A stretch of DNA of 64,000 bases from an uncultured Methanosarcinales archaeon (GCA_964353335.1 CAYGVI010000003.1:130695-194694), one strand, 5' to 3'. Counted from the first letter of the stretch, positions 29,632 to 38,206 are shown. Notes: generated by a model from the letters alone, not told the origin. Made by a program: numbers and translations.

Positions 29632-30560
29632 TGCGGAGAAATCATTTCTTTCGCATACTTTGAGCATGGTGAGTGCCAGGTTTTCCACATTGCTTCCCTG
29701 AATGGCGTGTACCTGACTCCAAACTCATCCCACCAGTTCTCAACAGCGAATTCGTCTCCTGCGACAAGAGCCCTCATCTGGTCTGGAGTAAAGACTGTCT
29801 TGCGGAAAACAAAGCTGTAAACCCGCAAAAGGAATCCGAAAAGCCACAATGGAAGCGGAATAAACAGCCTGTGCCATCCGCGTGTCTTTGCAATTATCCT
29901 TAGCAAATCAATGTATGGTATTTTTTCCCTGCCAATAATGTTATGAATTTTGTTCTCAGGCTTTCTTTTGGTCAGCTCAACAATCACATTGCACATATCA
30001 TTGACAAACAAGGGCTGCCTCACATATTTTCCAGAGCCAGGCACAGGGACTACTGGTATTTTTTCCATAAAACGGGTTATCCAGCCAAGGTGTTTTGCAT
30101 CAAAGCAGCCAAACATCAGCGGCGGCCTCAAAATTGTGTGCGGAACCCTGCTCTTGTGCACAAGCTCTTCGCCAATGCGCTTTGTCCTTGTGTATTCGTC
30201 TTTTGCGACAGAGATGACAACAGATGAGCTTATGTGGATTAGGTTCTTCACATTGTACTTTTTGCAGAGCTCAAGCACATTGCTGACTCCTTCAATGTTG
30301 CTTCGTTCAAAAGGCGCGGATGACTGCGCCGCGATTTGCGCGTGAAGCTCAATAACACAGTCAGCGCCTTCAAATTCCTTTTCCCACTTTCCAGGATAAC
30401 TGACATCTGTCTGGACGCAGTTTACTTTCTTGTTAAGGCGCTGCAGGAGATTTATGTTTGAATTCCGGTCTATTGCGGTTATTTTGTATCCCTGCCTGAC
30501 AAGCATTGGCATCAGATTCTGCCCTACAAGCCCTGCTGCTCCTGTGACAATTACTTTCAT
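29628..30560 (-). CDS. NAD-dependent epimerase/dehydratase (extended SDR)
   Basis: VTGAAGLVGQNL and YTRTK catalytic motif. Confidence 0.8.
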   Translation of the reverse strand: MKVIVTGAAGLVGQNLMPMLVRQGYKITAIDRNSNINLLQRLNKKVNCVQTDVSYPGKWEKEFEGADCVIELHAQIAAQSSAPFERSNIEGVSNVLELCKKYNVKNLIHISSSVVISVAKDEYTRTKRIGEELVHKSRVPHTILRPPLMFGCFDAKHLGWITRFMEKIPVVPVPGSGKYVRQPLFVNDMCNVIVELTKRKPENKIHNIIGREKIPYIDLLRIIAKTRGWHRLFIPLPLWLFGFLLRVYSFVFRKTVFTPDQMRALVAGDEFAVENWWDEFGVRYTPFREAMWKTWHSPCSKYAKEMISPH

Positions 30561-31828
30561 TTTAAGTCCTCGAGGACATATTGCGCTGCTTTTTCTCCGC
30601 TGTCAAGCGCGACGTCCATGTTCCTTATCTTTGGAAATGTCACCTGGATTCCTGCATTGTACAATCCTGCGACAGGTGTCCTGTATTTTGGCGCGTACTT
30701 TGCGTAGTCCTTGTCATAAATCGGCTCTGCATACTTGTCTTTGAAAACAAGGCAGAACTTCACGTCCATTTTCGGGAAGTATTTTCTCAGGACGCCCAAA
30801 TAGAGGTCCTTGATTTCCTCGTCTGACTTTGGCAAATCCTCTGCAGAGCCGCCATAGCGGTCAACCCATGTGATTTTTGTTTTGTACCTGTCTATAAGCA
30901 AGGAGTGCTGGTACATCACGTGCACGCGCTCGCCAAAGAAATTTATCCAGTAATTTTCAGGGTCAAGGTAATCTTTTGTGCCAAACAATATTCCGACAAC
31001 AGGAGTATAATGCAGTTTTTTGATGTCATCAGCATATTCTTTTGGCAGTCCTTTTGTGAAATGCGCAAATTCCTGCACAGGGATTGTGTTAATTAGAGCG
31101 TCATAGACCTCTGTGTGCTCTTTTCCGCCAACTTCGTATGTTATGACCTTTTTCTGGACATTCAGGCTGGTTGTTTCTGCCTTCCTGATGATTTTTCCGC
31201 CCTTTCTCAGCACATCCTGCTCAAGCCCGTCAATAACTCCCTGTATTCCGCGGGTTGGATATGTGAATTTGTCATTGAACTCGCGCTCTTTCATCCTGTT
31301 CGCAAACTGCTTTGCAGAAATCTGGCTCAACGGAATGTTGAATTTGTTCCTCGCATACAATTGGTAGTGCATTTTTTGCGTTACAGACTTTCCGCATGCC
31401 TTATTCAGCCAGGTTTCTGCGTCAAGATCATCAGGAAGCTTGTCTGGGTTGAAGAGATAAGAGACATAAAGCCCGAAAAGGCCGAACCTTATCTTGTCAA
31501 TAAGATTCAGATAATTGAACCTGAGATATTTCCAGGGCTTATTTATGTTGTAAACCCTGTTTTTCCACGCGATTGCAAGATTGATGCGCTTCCAAACATT
31601 ATTGCCGAGCAAATCATACCGCTTCAGGTACTCGAGCGTCTTTTTGTTTGTGCGGACAATGTGATGGTTGAAAATTGGTATCTGCTCGCCATCAACCTCA
31701 ACGCTTCTCGCAAGCCCGCCAAGGAAAGGCATTTTCTCAAGTATTGTAACCTCTGCCTTTCCGGAATCAAGCAGTTTGTCTGCTGCTGCAAGGCCTGACA
31801 ATCCCCCCCCAAGTATGATGGCTCGCAT
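30557..31828 (-). CDS. Rossmann FAD-dependent oxidoreductase (amine-oxidase/PPOX/Glf-like)
   Basis: ILGGGLSGLAAADKL dinucleotide-binding motif at the N-terminus; 423 aa. Confidence 0.7.
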   Translation of the reverse strand: MRAIILGGGLSGLAAADKLLDSGKAEVTILEKMPFLGGLARSVEVDGEQIPIFNHHIVRTNKKTLEYLKRYDLLGNNVWKRINLAIAWKNRVYNINKPWKYLRFNYLNLIDKIRFGLFGLYVSYLFNPDKLPDDLDAETWLNKACGKSVTQKMHYQLYARNKFNIPLSQISAKQFANRMKEREFNDKFTYPTRGIQGVIDGLEQDVLRKGGKIIRKAETTSLNVQKKVITYEVGGKEHTEVYDALINTIPVQEFAHFTKGLPKEYADDIKKLHYTPVVGILFGTKDYLDPENYWINFFGERVHVMYQHSLLIDRYKTKITWVDRYGGSAEDLPKSDEEIKDLYLGVLRKYFPKMDVKFCLVFKDKYAEPIYDKDYAKYAPKYRTPVAGLYNAGIQVTFPKIRNMDVALDSGEKAAQYVLEDLK

Positions 31829-31880
31829 GGATTTACCGATTAGTGAAGAATTTATAAAACTATCGTAGTTATCGTCGGAA

Positions 31881-31943
31881 ACACAAGCAGCGGCCGACGG
31901 AGTCGTCCCGCTTGTGCTTCGCTCAGCACAAGCTTAATAAACC
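31881..31943 (+). repeat. about 60-nt promoter-proximal repeated element, copy A (upstream of ubiA-like gene)
   Basis: agcggccgacggagtcgtcc..gctt..hairpin..gcacaagcttaataaa; compare copy B. Confidence 0.6.
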
Positions 31944-31963
31944 CTCCGCCTGTCGCAAAACAC

Positions 31964-32827
31964 ATGGCAATCATTGATTACGTAAAAGTGCTCAGGCCTT
32001 TGCAGTGGTACAAGAATTTGCTTGTCTTCCTGCCGCTCATATTTGTAGGCAGGCTTATGGAATTGAACCTTGTCTGGCTGGCATTTCTCGGATTTGTGAG
32101 CCTTTGCCTGTGCGCCTCATTCAACTACATCATAAATGACATTGTTGACAGGAAAAAAGACAGGGCGCACCCTGAAAAGCGCACAAGGCCGATTGCCGCA
32201 GGAAAAATTTCAGTAATCACAGCGCTCATTTGGGGAATTTTACTGCTTGCTGCGGGGCTTTATCTTGCGTTCAGTCTTAACAGGAATTTCTTTTACGCAG
32301 CAGGATTTATTGTTGTTCTCACACAGATGTACTCATTCCTCCTGAAGAGGATTGCATTTGCAGACATTCTTACTGTCGCGATTAATTTTGTAGTTCGCGC
32401 AATATCCGGGGCGTTCATTATCGGTGTAATTATTTCACCCTGGCTTGTGCTTTGCACGTTCTTTTTTGCGCTTTTCCTGCTTTCCGGAAAGCGATACGCA
32501 GACCTTGCCCTACTTGGCTCAAAGGCTGCAATGCACAAGGAAACACTCAAAGTTTACACAAAAGAGGTCGCAAACGCATTAATGATTGTTGCAACTGCAT
32601 TGCTGATTGTTGCATACGGCGCTTTTGCACTGCTCGGAACCCACCCTCAGCTCGCATTTTCCCTTCCTTTTGCCCTGTTTGTAATTTTCAGGTATTTCTC
32701 ATTGATTTATGTGGGCTCGCCAATCGCGCGCCATCCAGAGCTTGTTTTCAGGGACTGGAAAATGCTTGTTGGAATGCTCCTCTGGGCAATTGCAACATTT
32801 ATTGCGCTGTATGTTTATCCGAAATGA
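31964..32827 (+). CDS. UbiA-family prenyltransferase resembling decaprenyl-phosphate phosphoribosyltransferase (DPPR synthase)
   Basis: NDIVDRKKDRAHPEKRTRPIAAG: this NDxxDxxxD..HPxKRxRPIAAG signature is the one recalled for Rv3806c-type phosphoribosyltransferases, not the DGGGP-synthase signature. About 8 TM. Confidence 0.7.
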   Translation: MAIIDYVKVLRPLQWYKNLLVFLPLIFVGRLMELNLVWLAFLGFVSLCLCASFNYIINDIVDRKKDRAHPEKRTRPIAAGKISVITALIWGILLLAAGLYLAFSLNRNFFYAAGFIVVLTQMYSFLLKRIAFADILTVAINFVVRAISGAFIIGVIISPWLVLCTFFFALFLLSGKRYADLALLGSKAAMHKETLKVYTKEVANALMIVATALLIVAYGAFALLGTHPQLAFSLPFALFVIFRYFSLIYVGSPIARHPELVFRDWKMLVGMLLWAIATFIALYVYPK

Positions 32828-32832
32828 AAATT

Positions 32833-32896
32833 CCGCAATCAGCGGCCGACTTAGGTCGTCCAGCTTCCGCTGAGGCGCAAGCTTTATAAAGCACCC
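32833..32896 (+). repeat. about 60-nt promoter-proximal repeated element, copy B (upstream of 5S rRNA, contains its TATA)
   Basis: agcggccgacttaggtcgtcc.gctt..hairpin..gcgcaagctttataaa. Confidence 0.6.
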
Positions 32897-32907
32897 ATAG
32901 TGTTTTC

Positions 32908-33024
32908 TCCTCGGACGGTCATAGGGGCCTGGTCCCACCCGATCCCATTCGAACTCGGCAGTTAAACCGGCCTCCGTACCCGACTGTACTGCATTACGCG
33001 GGAACTCGGGTAAGCTGTCCACCT
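32908..33024 (+). rRNA. rrf: 5S ribosomal RNA (standalone)
   Basis: Terminal helix ggacgg/ctgtcc, conserved loop CGAAC.CGG.AGTTAAAC and GTACTG motifs, TATA tttataaa about 25 nt upstream, T-run after the 3' end. Confidence 0.7.
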
Positions 33025-33115
33025 TTTTTATTTCATTAATAAACTACTCCAATTAACGGGCGCTTACAGCGCCAGAGACACAACGATTCCTGGAAGTTCT
33101 TTTAAGAAAACAAGT

Positions 33116-34195
33116 TTAAATCTCAACAACAATATCCGCAGTCGCCTCATTTATCTCAAGAATTTGCGAGAACTTCGCTTTTACTTCCTTCCAACTGAGT
33201 TTTTTCTTTGCCTCGACTATTTCATCGAGCAATTTCTTGATTTCCTGATAGTGCTCGTAAATGTATTCGCCTTTTTTGCGCTCTTCCACTGATTTTTGTT
33301 CAAGCTGCGCCAGGTTCTGCTGCTGGACTGCTATCATTGTCTCAACTTTCTGCAGCTGCGTGCTTGTCGGAGCGAGCTTCTGCTCCTTCACAGCTTCTGC
33401 AGGAAGGGCAAATATCCTGTCAAGTGCGCTGCCAAAGCTTTCAACATTCTCCCTTTTCTTGGCAGAATAGCAGTCAAATGGTATTGGAGTTGCGTCAGAG
33501 ACAATGCTTCCTTCGTAAATCAGCTGAGGAGATATTTTTTTCACAAGAAGTTCGTGCAAAATGCGGAAAATGTCATCTGCGTGCTCTTTTTTCACAGGCT
33601 CTGCAGCAGGAATTCCGCATCGTACGCAAAGCTCTTCTGCCAAAACCTTGCCCAAGCCGAACTGGACAGCCAAAGTCTTTGAAATATTGTCCTTGCTCTC
33701 TGCGAATTTCTCTGCGAATTCCCGTGAGTCAAGGTGGAATGTGTCAATGCTTTTGGGCAATTGATAAGCCTTGCCGCGCTGCACCCTGTCATTAAGCGCT
33801 AGCACAGTAATCACAATGCCTTCTCCGTCGCAAAGCACAACATTTCCCCTTCCAAACACCTCTAGATACAGGATAAACTGCTTTTCAGACCTTGTTACGT
33901 GTATTGCGATTATCCTTTCAGAACAAACCTGCTCTATTTTGCTTATCCTGCTGTTTCCTATCAGTTTCCTTAGCTGGGCTGCAAAGGGATGTATCTGTTC
34001 TGGCGTCGCAGGCCTTTGAAGCGGAGTCCAGCACTTGCCTGGCCCTGCCTGGAGCATTATTTTCACGCCAAAAGTGATAAGGATTCCGCGGTCTTCGAGA
34101 ACATAAATCTTGTCAAGCCTCTCATTTGCCAATGGCTGAAGCTCTTGCAAAAGAAAATGCAGGTCAAAAGCGGTTATTTCGGTTTTCATCATCAT
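33116..34195 (-). CDS. NFACT-N domain protein (Rqc2/NEMF/FbpA N-terminal homologue), short form
   Basis: MKTEITAFDLHFLLQELQPLANERLDKIYV matches the NFACT-N N-terminus; followed by coiled coil, but the gene ends without an NFACT-R domain. Confidence 0.55.
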   Translation of the reverse strand: MMMKTEITAFDLHFLLQELQPLANERLDKIYVLEDRGILITFGVKIMLQAGPGKCWTPLQRPATPEQIHPFAAQLRKLIGNSRISKIEQVCSERIIAIHVTRSEKQFILYLEVFGRGNVVLCDGEGIVITVLALNDRVQRGKAYQLPKSIDTFHLDSREFAEKFAESKDNISKTLAVQFGLGKVLAEELCVRCGIPAAEPVKKEHADDIFRILHELLVKKISPQLIYEGSIVSDATPIPFDCYSAKKRENVESFGSALDRIFALPAEAVKEQKLAPTSTQLQKVETMIAVQQQNLAQLEQKSVEERKKGEYIYEHYQEIKKLLDEIVEAKKKLSWKEVKAKFSQILEINEATADIVVEI

Positions 34196-34566
34196 GCTCT
34201 GCCAAGTCCTATCAGCACAACACCAAGCAGTATCCAAGCGATTCCAATCCACTTGCTCCTGTTCATCTTTTCATTAAGCATTTTTGTGGACCACAGGCAG
34301 GTCCATATGTACGTGACAGATGTGATTGGGTAAAGAACTGAAAGCTCGCCATGCCTGAGCCCCCATACAAAAAATATTGCTGAAATGCCGAAAAGCCCAC
34401 ACCCTATTATTGCATTGTAGTTTTTCAGGATAATCATTGGGTTCTTGAGTATTTTTATCGGGTTAATCGTGAATTTTTCAGCGCCTTTTTTCATGAAAAT
34501 AGGTCCAAGTGCTCCTATTAGCGTTCCCAAAAGAACAAGCCCTACTCCAAGCAAGTCAGTAGTCAT
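34192..34566 (-). CDS. EamA/DMT 4-TM half-transporter (ArnE/ArnF-like)
   Basis: 124 aa, 4 TM; pattern VLYPITSVTYIW...GIAWILLGVVLIG as in ArnE/ArnF. Confidence 0.65.
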   Translation of the reverse strand: MTTDLLGVGLVLLGTLIGALGPIFMKKGAEKFTINPIKILKNPMIILKNYNAIIGCGLFGISAIFFVWGLRHGELSVLYPITSVTYIWTCLWSTKMLNEKMNRSKWIGIAWILLGVVLIGLGRA

Positions 34567-34925
34567 GGTGTGACCACCTGGCCGTGCTTGTGAGACCCTC
34601 TTCCTATCATCACAACGCCAACTATTACTGCTGCCATTCCTGCGAACTTGAACCCATTAAGCGGCTCTGCGAGATAAAGTGCTGAAAGGATGCTTACCCA
34701 GATGTAATTTGTTGCATACATCGGATAAAGCACAGAAACCTCTCCTCCCTTGAATGAAACTATCAGGAGTGCTGCTGCGATTACATATGTGCCTAATGCG
34801 ACCATCAGAGGGGTATTGGTAACAAGCTCAGGAAGCCTCATTGCGCCGAATTTCCACATAAGCTGGCCGACAGAAGTGATAATTGTGCAAAAAAGAATCA
34901 ACAAAATTGACTTGAGCTGGGTCAT
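34563..34925 (-). CDS. EamA/DMT 4-TM half-transporter (ArnE/ArnF-like), partner of 34192..34566
   Basis: 120 aa, 4 TM; SVLYPMYATNYIWVSILSALYLAEP..AGMAAVIVGVVMIG. Confidence 0.65.
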   Translation of the reverse strand: MTQLKSILLILFCTIITSVGQLMWKFGAMRLPELVTNTPLMVALGTYVIAAALLIVSFKGGEVSVLYPMYATNYIWVSILSALYLAEPLNGFKFAGMAAVIVGVVMIGRGSHKHGQVVTP

Positions 34926-36670
34926 TACTCCTGGTCCTCGTATAGGAGCTGTATGACATATGCGTACGCAGGCCTTGTGATGAATACGCCGATTGAGGCT
35001 CCGATTATTGTTGTGAGGGCAAAGCCCTTGAGCAGTCCTGCGCCTGCGAACAGCAATGGAAGCATTGCAACAACAACTGTGCAGTATGCGCTGAATATGA
35101 TGAAGAACGCGCGCTTGATGCGCTCCCGCCAGTTGTAAACAGTCTTGTCAAGCTCCCTCTTCAGGGCTTCGTCCATTATGACAATCTGGTCATTGACACC
35201 TATGCCGACTGCGACTATGAGCCCTGCAATTGCCGCGAGGTCAAGGCTCCAGCCGAACAGGGCGTACATTCCCATTGTAAGTATGATTTCTGTAAGGCTG
35301 CAGCCGATAATTGGAAGCGCTATCTTTATCTTCCTGTAGCTTATGACGAGGATTAATGTGACAACTGCGACTGCGAGCAGCCCTGTCATCCACGCGTTCT
35401 TTACGAACTGCGAGCCAAGGGTTGGGGAAATTGTGTCAATCCTGACTATTTCAAGCTTGACAGGCAGGCTTCCTGTGATAAGCACTGTCTGCAACTTCTT
35501 CATGCTTTCAAGGGTTGCGCGTGTCGCATCATCCCTTGTAGTGCCCGAACCTCCGCCTGTTATCGCAATGTCAGTAACAGCCCTGCCACGCAGGTCGTCT
35601 GCGATGTTAAGGGAATCAACTTCCTGGTCGTCAAGGTAGAGAATCAGCTTTTCACTCAGGTAGCTTCCGTCCTGCTCTGTGACCACTTTCATATTCTTTG
35701 TTATGTCTGCCTGCCTTTGGGCTGCTTCAGGGCTGAGTGAGATGCTGAACATGAAGCTGCACGCCCATCCGCCCTGCGATGTTCCGCAGCCGCGCCTTGG
35801 GTCAATTCCGCTGCATTCTGCAGTGCGGCAGACATATGTTATGTCCTGCCCTCCGCGGAATACTGTCTGGTTTCCTATTGTCGCCTCAAACTTGCCCTGC
35901 CTTGCGAGCAAATCCTTGACTTCCTCCTCTGTTGCTCCTGCGATTTCAACAAGGATGTACCTGTTTGGCTCTCCGAGGAATCCTGGCTTGTCCTGCACTG
36001 ATGTAACAACAATGTCGCTGAGCCCGTAAACATTAAGGCGCTCCTTGAGGCTGTCAATCATTATGTTGAGCATATCAATAGTGATTTCTTCAGCAGGCCT
36101 GAGCAAAACCCTTGTTCCTCCCTGAAGGTCAAGGCCCTTGCGGAGGTTTGTTGTGGGCGCGTTGTCAATCCTGAACCCGAGGTTTTCAACACCGATTGGC
36201 TCGAGCGCGGTCGCGTTTACAAGGACCTGCTTTGTGAATGTCTTGTTTACCAGGACAACAGTGCCGTTTATTGTCTCATTAACCTCCCTTGTCTCTGTTA
36301 CGTTCTGCTCCTCTGTCCTGTTGAGCTCAATAACCCTGAATGCCTCTTTTGTTGTAAGCTTGTAAATGCTCTTGCTTGTCTTTACCTGTATTGTCTGGTT
36401 GACCCTGAGCCCTTTGGTAAATGCGTAATAGTCATCCACATTATTGATTGGCTTGTTGTTAATGCTGATTATGACTTCTTTTGACAGCGGAGTTGCTGTG
36501 GGCTTCGGGTTTGTCATGCCTGCAAGGGCTGCAGAGCTGTTCTTTGCAACGCTCTTTATCACGACGCCATTGTTCCACGGCTCTGGCATAAGCGCGAAAA
36601 CCATGAACAGTATGCAGGCTATCAGGATTATTACACGGATGTTAAGAAGGGCTTTCTTAAGGGTGCTCAT
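34925..36670 (-). CDS. secD: protein-export membrane protein SecD
   Basis: N-terminal TM, large periplasmic domain, C-terminal 5-TM bundle (LAAIAGLIVAVGIGVNDQIV). Confidence 0.85.
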   Translation of the reverse strand: MSTLKKALLNIRVIILIACILFMVFALMPEPWNNGVVIKSVAKNSSAALAGMTNPKPTATPLSKEVIISINNKPINNVDDYYAFTKGLRVNQTIQVKTSKSIYKLTTKEAFRVIELNRTEEQNVTETREVNETINGTVVLVNKTFTKQVLVNATALEPIGVENLGFRIDNAPTTNLRKGLDLQGGTRVLLRPAEEITIDMLNIMIDSLKERLNVYGLSDIVVTSVQDKPGFLGEPNRYILVEIAGATEEEVKDLLARQGKFEATIGNQTVFRGGQDITYVCRTAECSGIDPRRGCGTSQGGWACSFMFSISLSPEAAQRQADITKNMKVVTEQDGSYLSEKLILYLDDQEVDSLNIADDLRGRAVTDIAITGGGSGTTRDDATRATLESMKKLQTVLITGSLPVKLEIVRIDTISPTLGSQFVKNAWMTGLLAVAVVTLILVISYRKIKIALPIIGCSLTEIILTMGMYALFGWSLDLAAIAGLIVAVGIGVNDQIVIMDEALKRELDKTVYNWRERIKRAFFIIFSAYCTVVVAMLPLLFAGAGLLKGFALTTIIGASIGVFITRPAYAYVIQLLYEDQE

Positions 36671-37562
36671 GGTGCCCCGCCTTCTTTTCCTTGTTCTCTA
36701 AGTACCATCTTAGGATGCCTGCGTTCTGCACCCATGTGTAAATTATGTCAAAAAGCATTCCGATTGAGATTACGAGCATTATCTGCTTGACAACATCTGA
36801 CTGTGTGTAAAAGTATCCTGCCATTGAAGCGCCGAATGCTGTCAGTGACATCAGGAGTCCTGTGCGCATTGTTCCGACAGTGCGCTCAAAAATTGTCCCT
36901 TCTTTTCTTTTCAGGACCTTTGTTGTGAGAAGGATGTCTGTATCAACAGAGTAACCGATGAGCATCAGGAGGGCAGCAACACCTGCTGTTGAAAGCTTTA
37001 CCCCGAGCACGTCCAGCATTGCTATTGTGCTGATAATGTCTGAGACTGCGCACAGGATTACGAACAAGCTTGGCAAAAGGTTCCTGAAAGTCACAAAAAC
37101 AACTATGCTCATGAAAAGGAATGCGAGCGCGACAGCGATAAGGGTCTGCTTGTAAAAGCTCTGGCCGAGGGATGAGCCCATAACTTCAATTGAGAACTTG
37201 CCTTCCTCCAACGTAATTCCCTGCGCCTTGATTGCTGCAACAAGATCTGTGTCAGAGACGTCTGCGGCTTCTATTATTAGTGCTTTAACCTGGCCTGCTT
37301 CTGCTATGCTTCTTACATTAATGTCTGCAAGCGGGAATTGCGATGACAAGGCTGCCTGTAGCGCGTGGATATCTGCCTGCTCAACAGGAATTGTCATTGT
37401 GAGCCCGCCCTTGAGCGAAACTCCCTTTGCAATGAACTCTCCTGTCTGCATCTTGTGCGTTATCAGAACAGCTACGCAGGCGAAAAGAAGCAGGAAGCTC
37501 AGTATCAGCAGCTTCTTGTAATGCTTGTCATAAATGTTCAGCAAAAATGACTTTATGGTCAA
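36657..37562 (-). CDS. secF: protein-export membrane protein SecF
   Basis: 301 aa; SecF topology and conserved C-terminal TM core; overlaps secD by 14 nt. Confidence 0.85.
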   Translation of the reverse strand: MTIKSFLLNIYDKHYKKLLILSFLLLFACVAVLITHKMQTGEFIAKGVSLKGGLTMTIPVEQADIHALQAALSSQFPLADINVRSIAEAGQVKALIIEAADVSDTDLVAAIKAQGITLEEGKFSIEVMGSSLGQSFYKQTLIAVALAFLFMSIVVFVTFRNLLPSLFVILCAVSDIISTIAMLDVLGVKLSTAGVAALLMLIGYSVDTDILLTTKVLKRKEGTIFERTVGTMRTGLLMSLTAFGASMAGYFYTQSDVVKQIMLVISIGMLFDIIYTWVQNAGILRWYLENKEKKAGHHEHP

Positions 37563-37613
37563 TATATCACCGACGAAGAGAGTATATGGTCACTTTTTAA
37601 AGCTTGCGTACCA

Positions 37614-38177
37614 TCACGCCAGCGCCTGCCACAATCCTGAATAGAAAGTAAACCCGTCAAATCCTGGGATTGGAAGCATGTTAAGGATGAACAATAGCAT
37701 GTTTATTTTCTGCGTCAGGAACCAGAAGACAAACCACTTCCTGCTTCGGATATGCCTGTGTTTCAGGACAGCCCAGGAGGAAATCCAAAGTATGAGATTA
37801 AGCGCAGGGCCTGAAACCGCGATAAGTGCATGGGTTATTGGGGGCAAAGAGCAATGGGCTCCTGTGCAGTTTATTGACACGTATGCAGGAACGAAAAACA
37901 GGAATGGCGAGTGCGCAAGCTTCAGCAGGATTCCGATTCCGAGCCAGGTGTAAGCTGCGTGGAATGTTGCCTGCATTCCTGCTGCCAAAGCCACAAACTT
38001 GTGCGCGAGCTCGTGAAGCATGAGCGCAGGGGCTGTCACAAGGCAGGCAAACCACAATGCATTCCAGTCAAACCCTTGCCGCAGTATTTTTTGCTGGAAA
38101 ATTCCCATGAAAATGTAGCCGACTGCAACAGTCATCAGCGCAGCGTCAAAAAGCTCGCGAAGCGTAAGTATCATCAT
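37614..38177 (-). CDS. site-2-protease-like membrane metallopeptidase (M50 family)
   Basis: HELAHK (HExxH) in a TM helix plus LNMLPIPGFDG (NxxPxxxxDG). Confidence 0.65.
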   Translation of the reverse strand: MMILTLRELFDAALMTVAVGYIFMGIFQQKILRQGFDWNALWFACLVTAPALMLHELAHKFVALAAGMQATFHAAYTWLGIGILLKLAHSPFLFFVPAYVSINCTGAHCSLPPITHALIAVSGPALNLILWISSWAVLKHRHIRSRKWFVFWFLTQKINMLLFILNMLPIPGFDGFTFYSGLWQALA

Positions 38178-38197
38178 TCCGAAAAGGACGCCGGCGG

Positions 38198-38206
38198 TTT
38201 ATAATA
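38198..38206 (-). promoter_or_regulatory. TATA box (TTATAAA) for leaderless M50 protease mRNA
   Basis: Centred about 25 nt upstream of ATG 38177. Confidence 0.4.

Noticed and set aside
31964-32827. UbiA protein as DGGGP synthase (core ether-lipid enzyme)
   Set aside because: The motif DRAHPEKRTRPIAAG and the neighbourhood (FAD oxidoreductase, SDRs, GT-C) fit a DPPR-synthase-like role better. This is not excluded without phylogeny.
34953-36701. Series of 60-116-aa plus-strand ORFs inside secD/secF, and similar antisense ORFs inside top6B, dnaG, GT-C genes and elsewhere
   Set aside because: They are antisense to strongly supported genes, Ser/Ala/Cys-rich from GC-skewed wobble positions, and carry no motifs.
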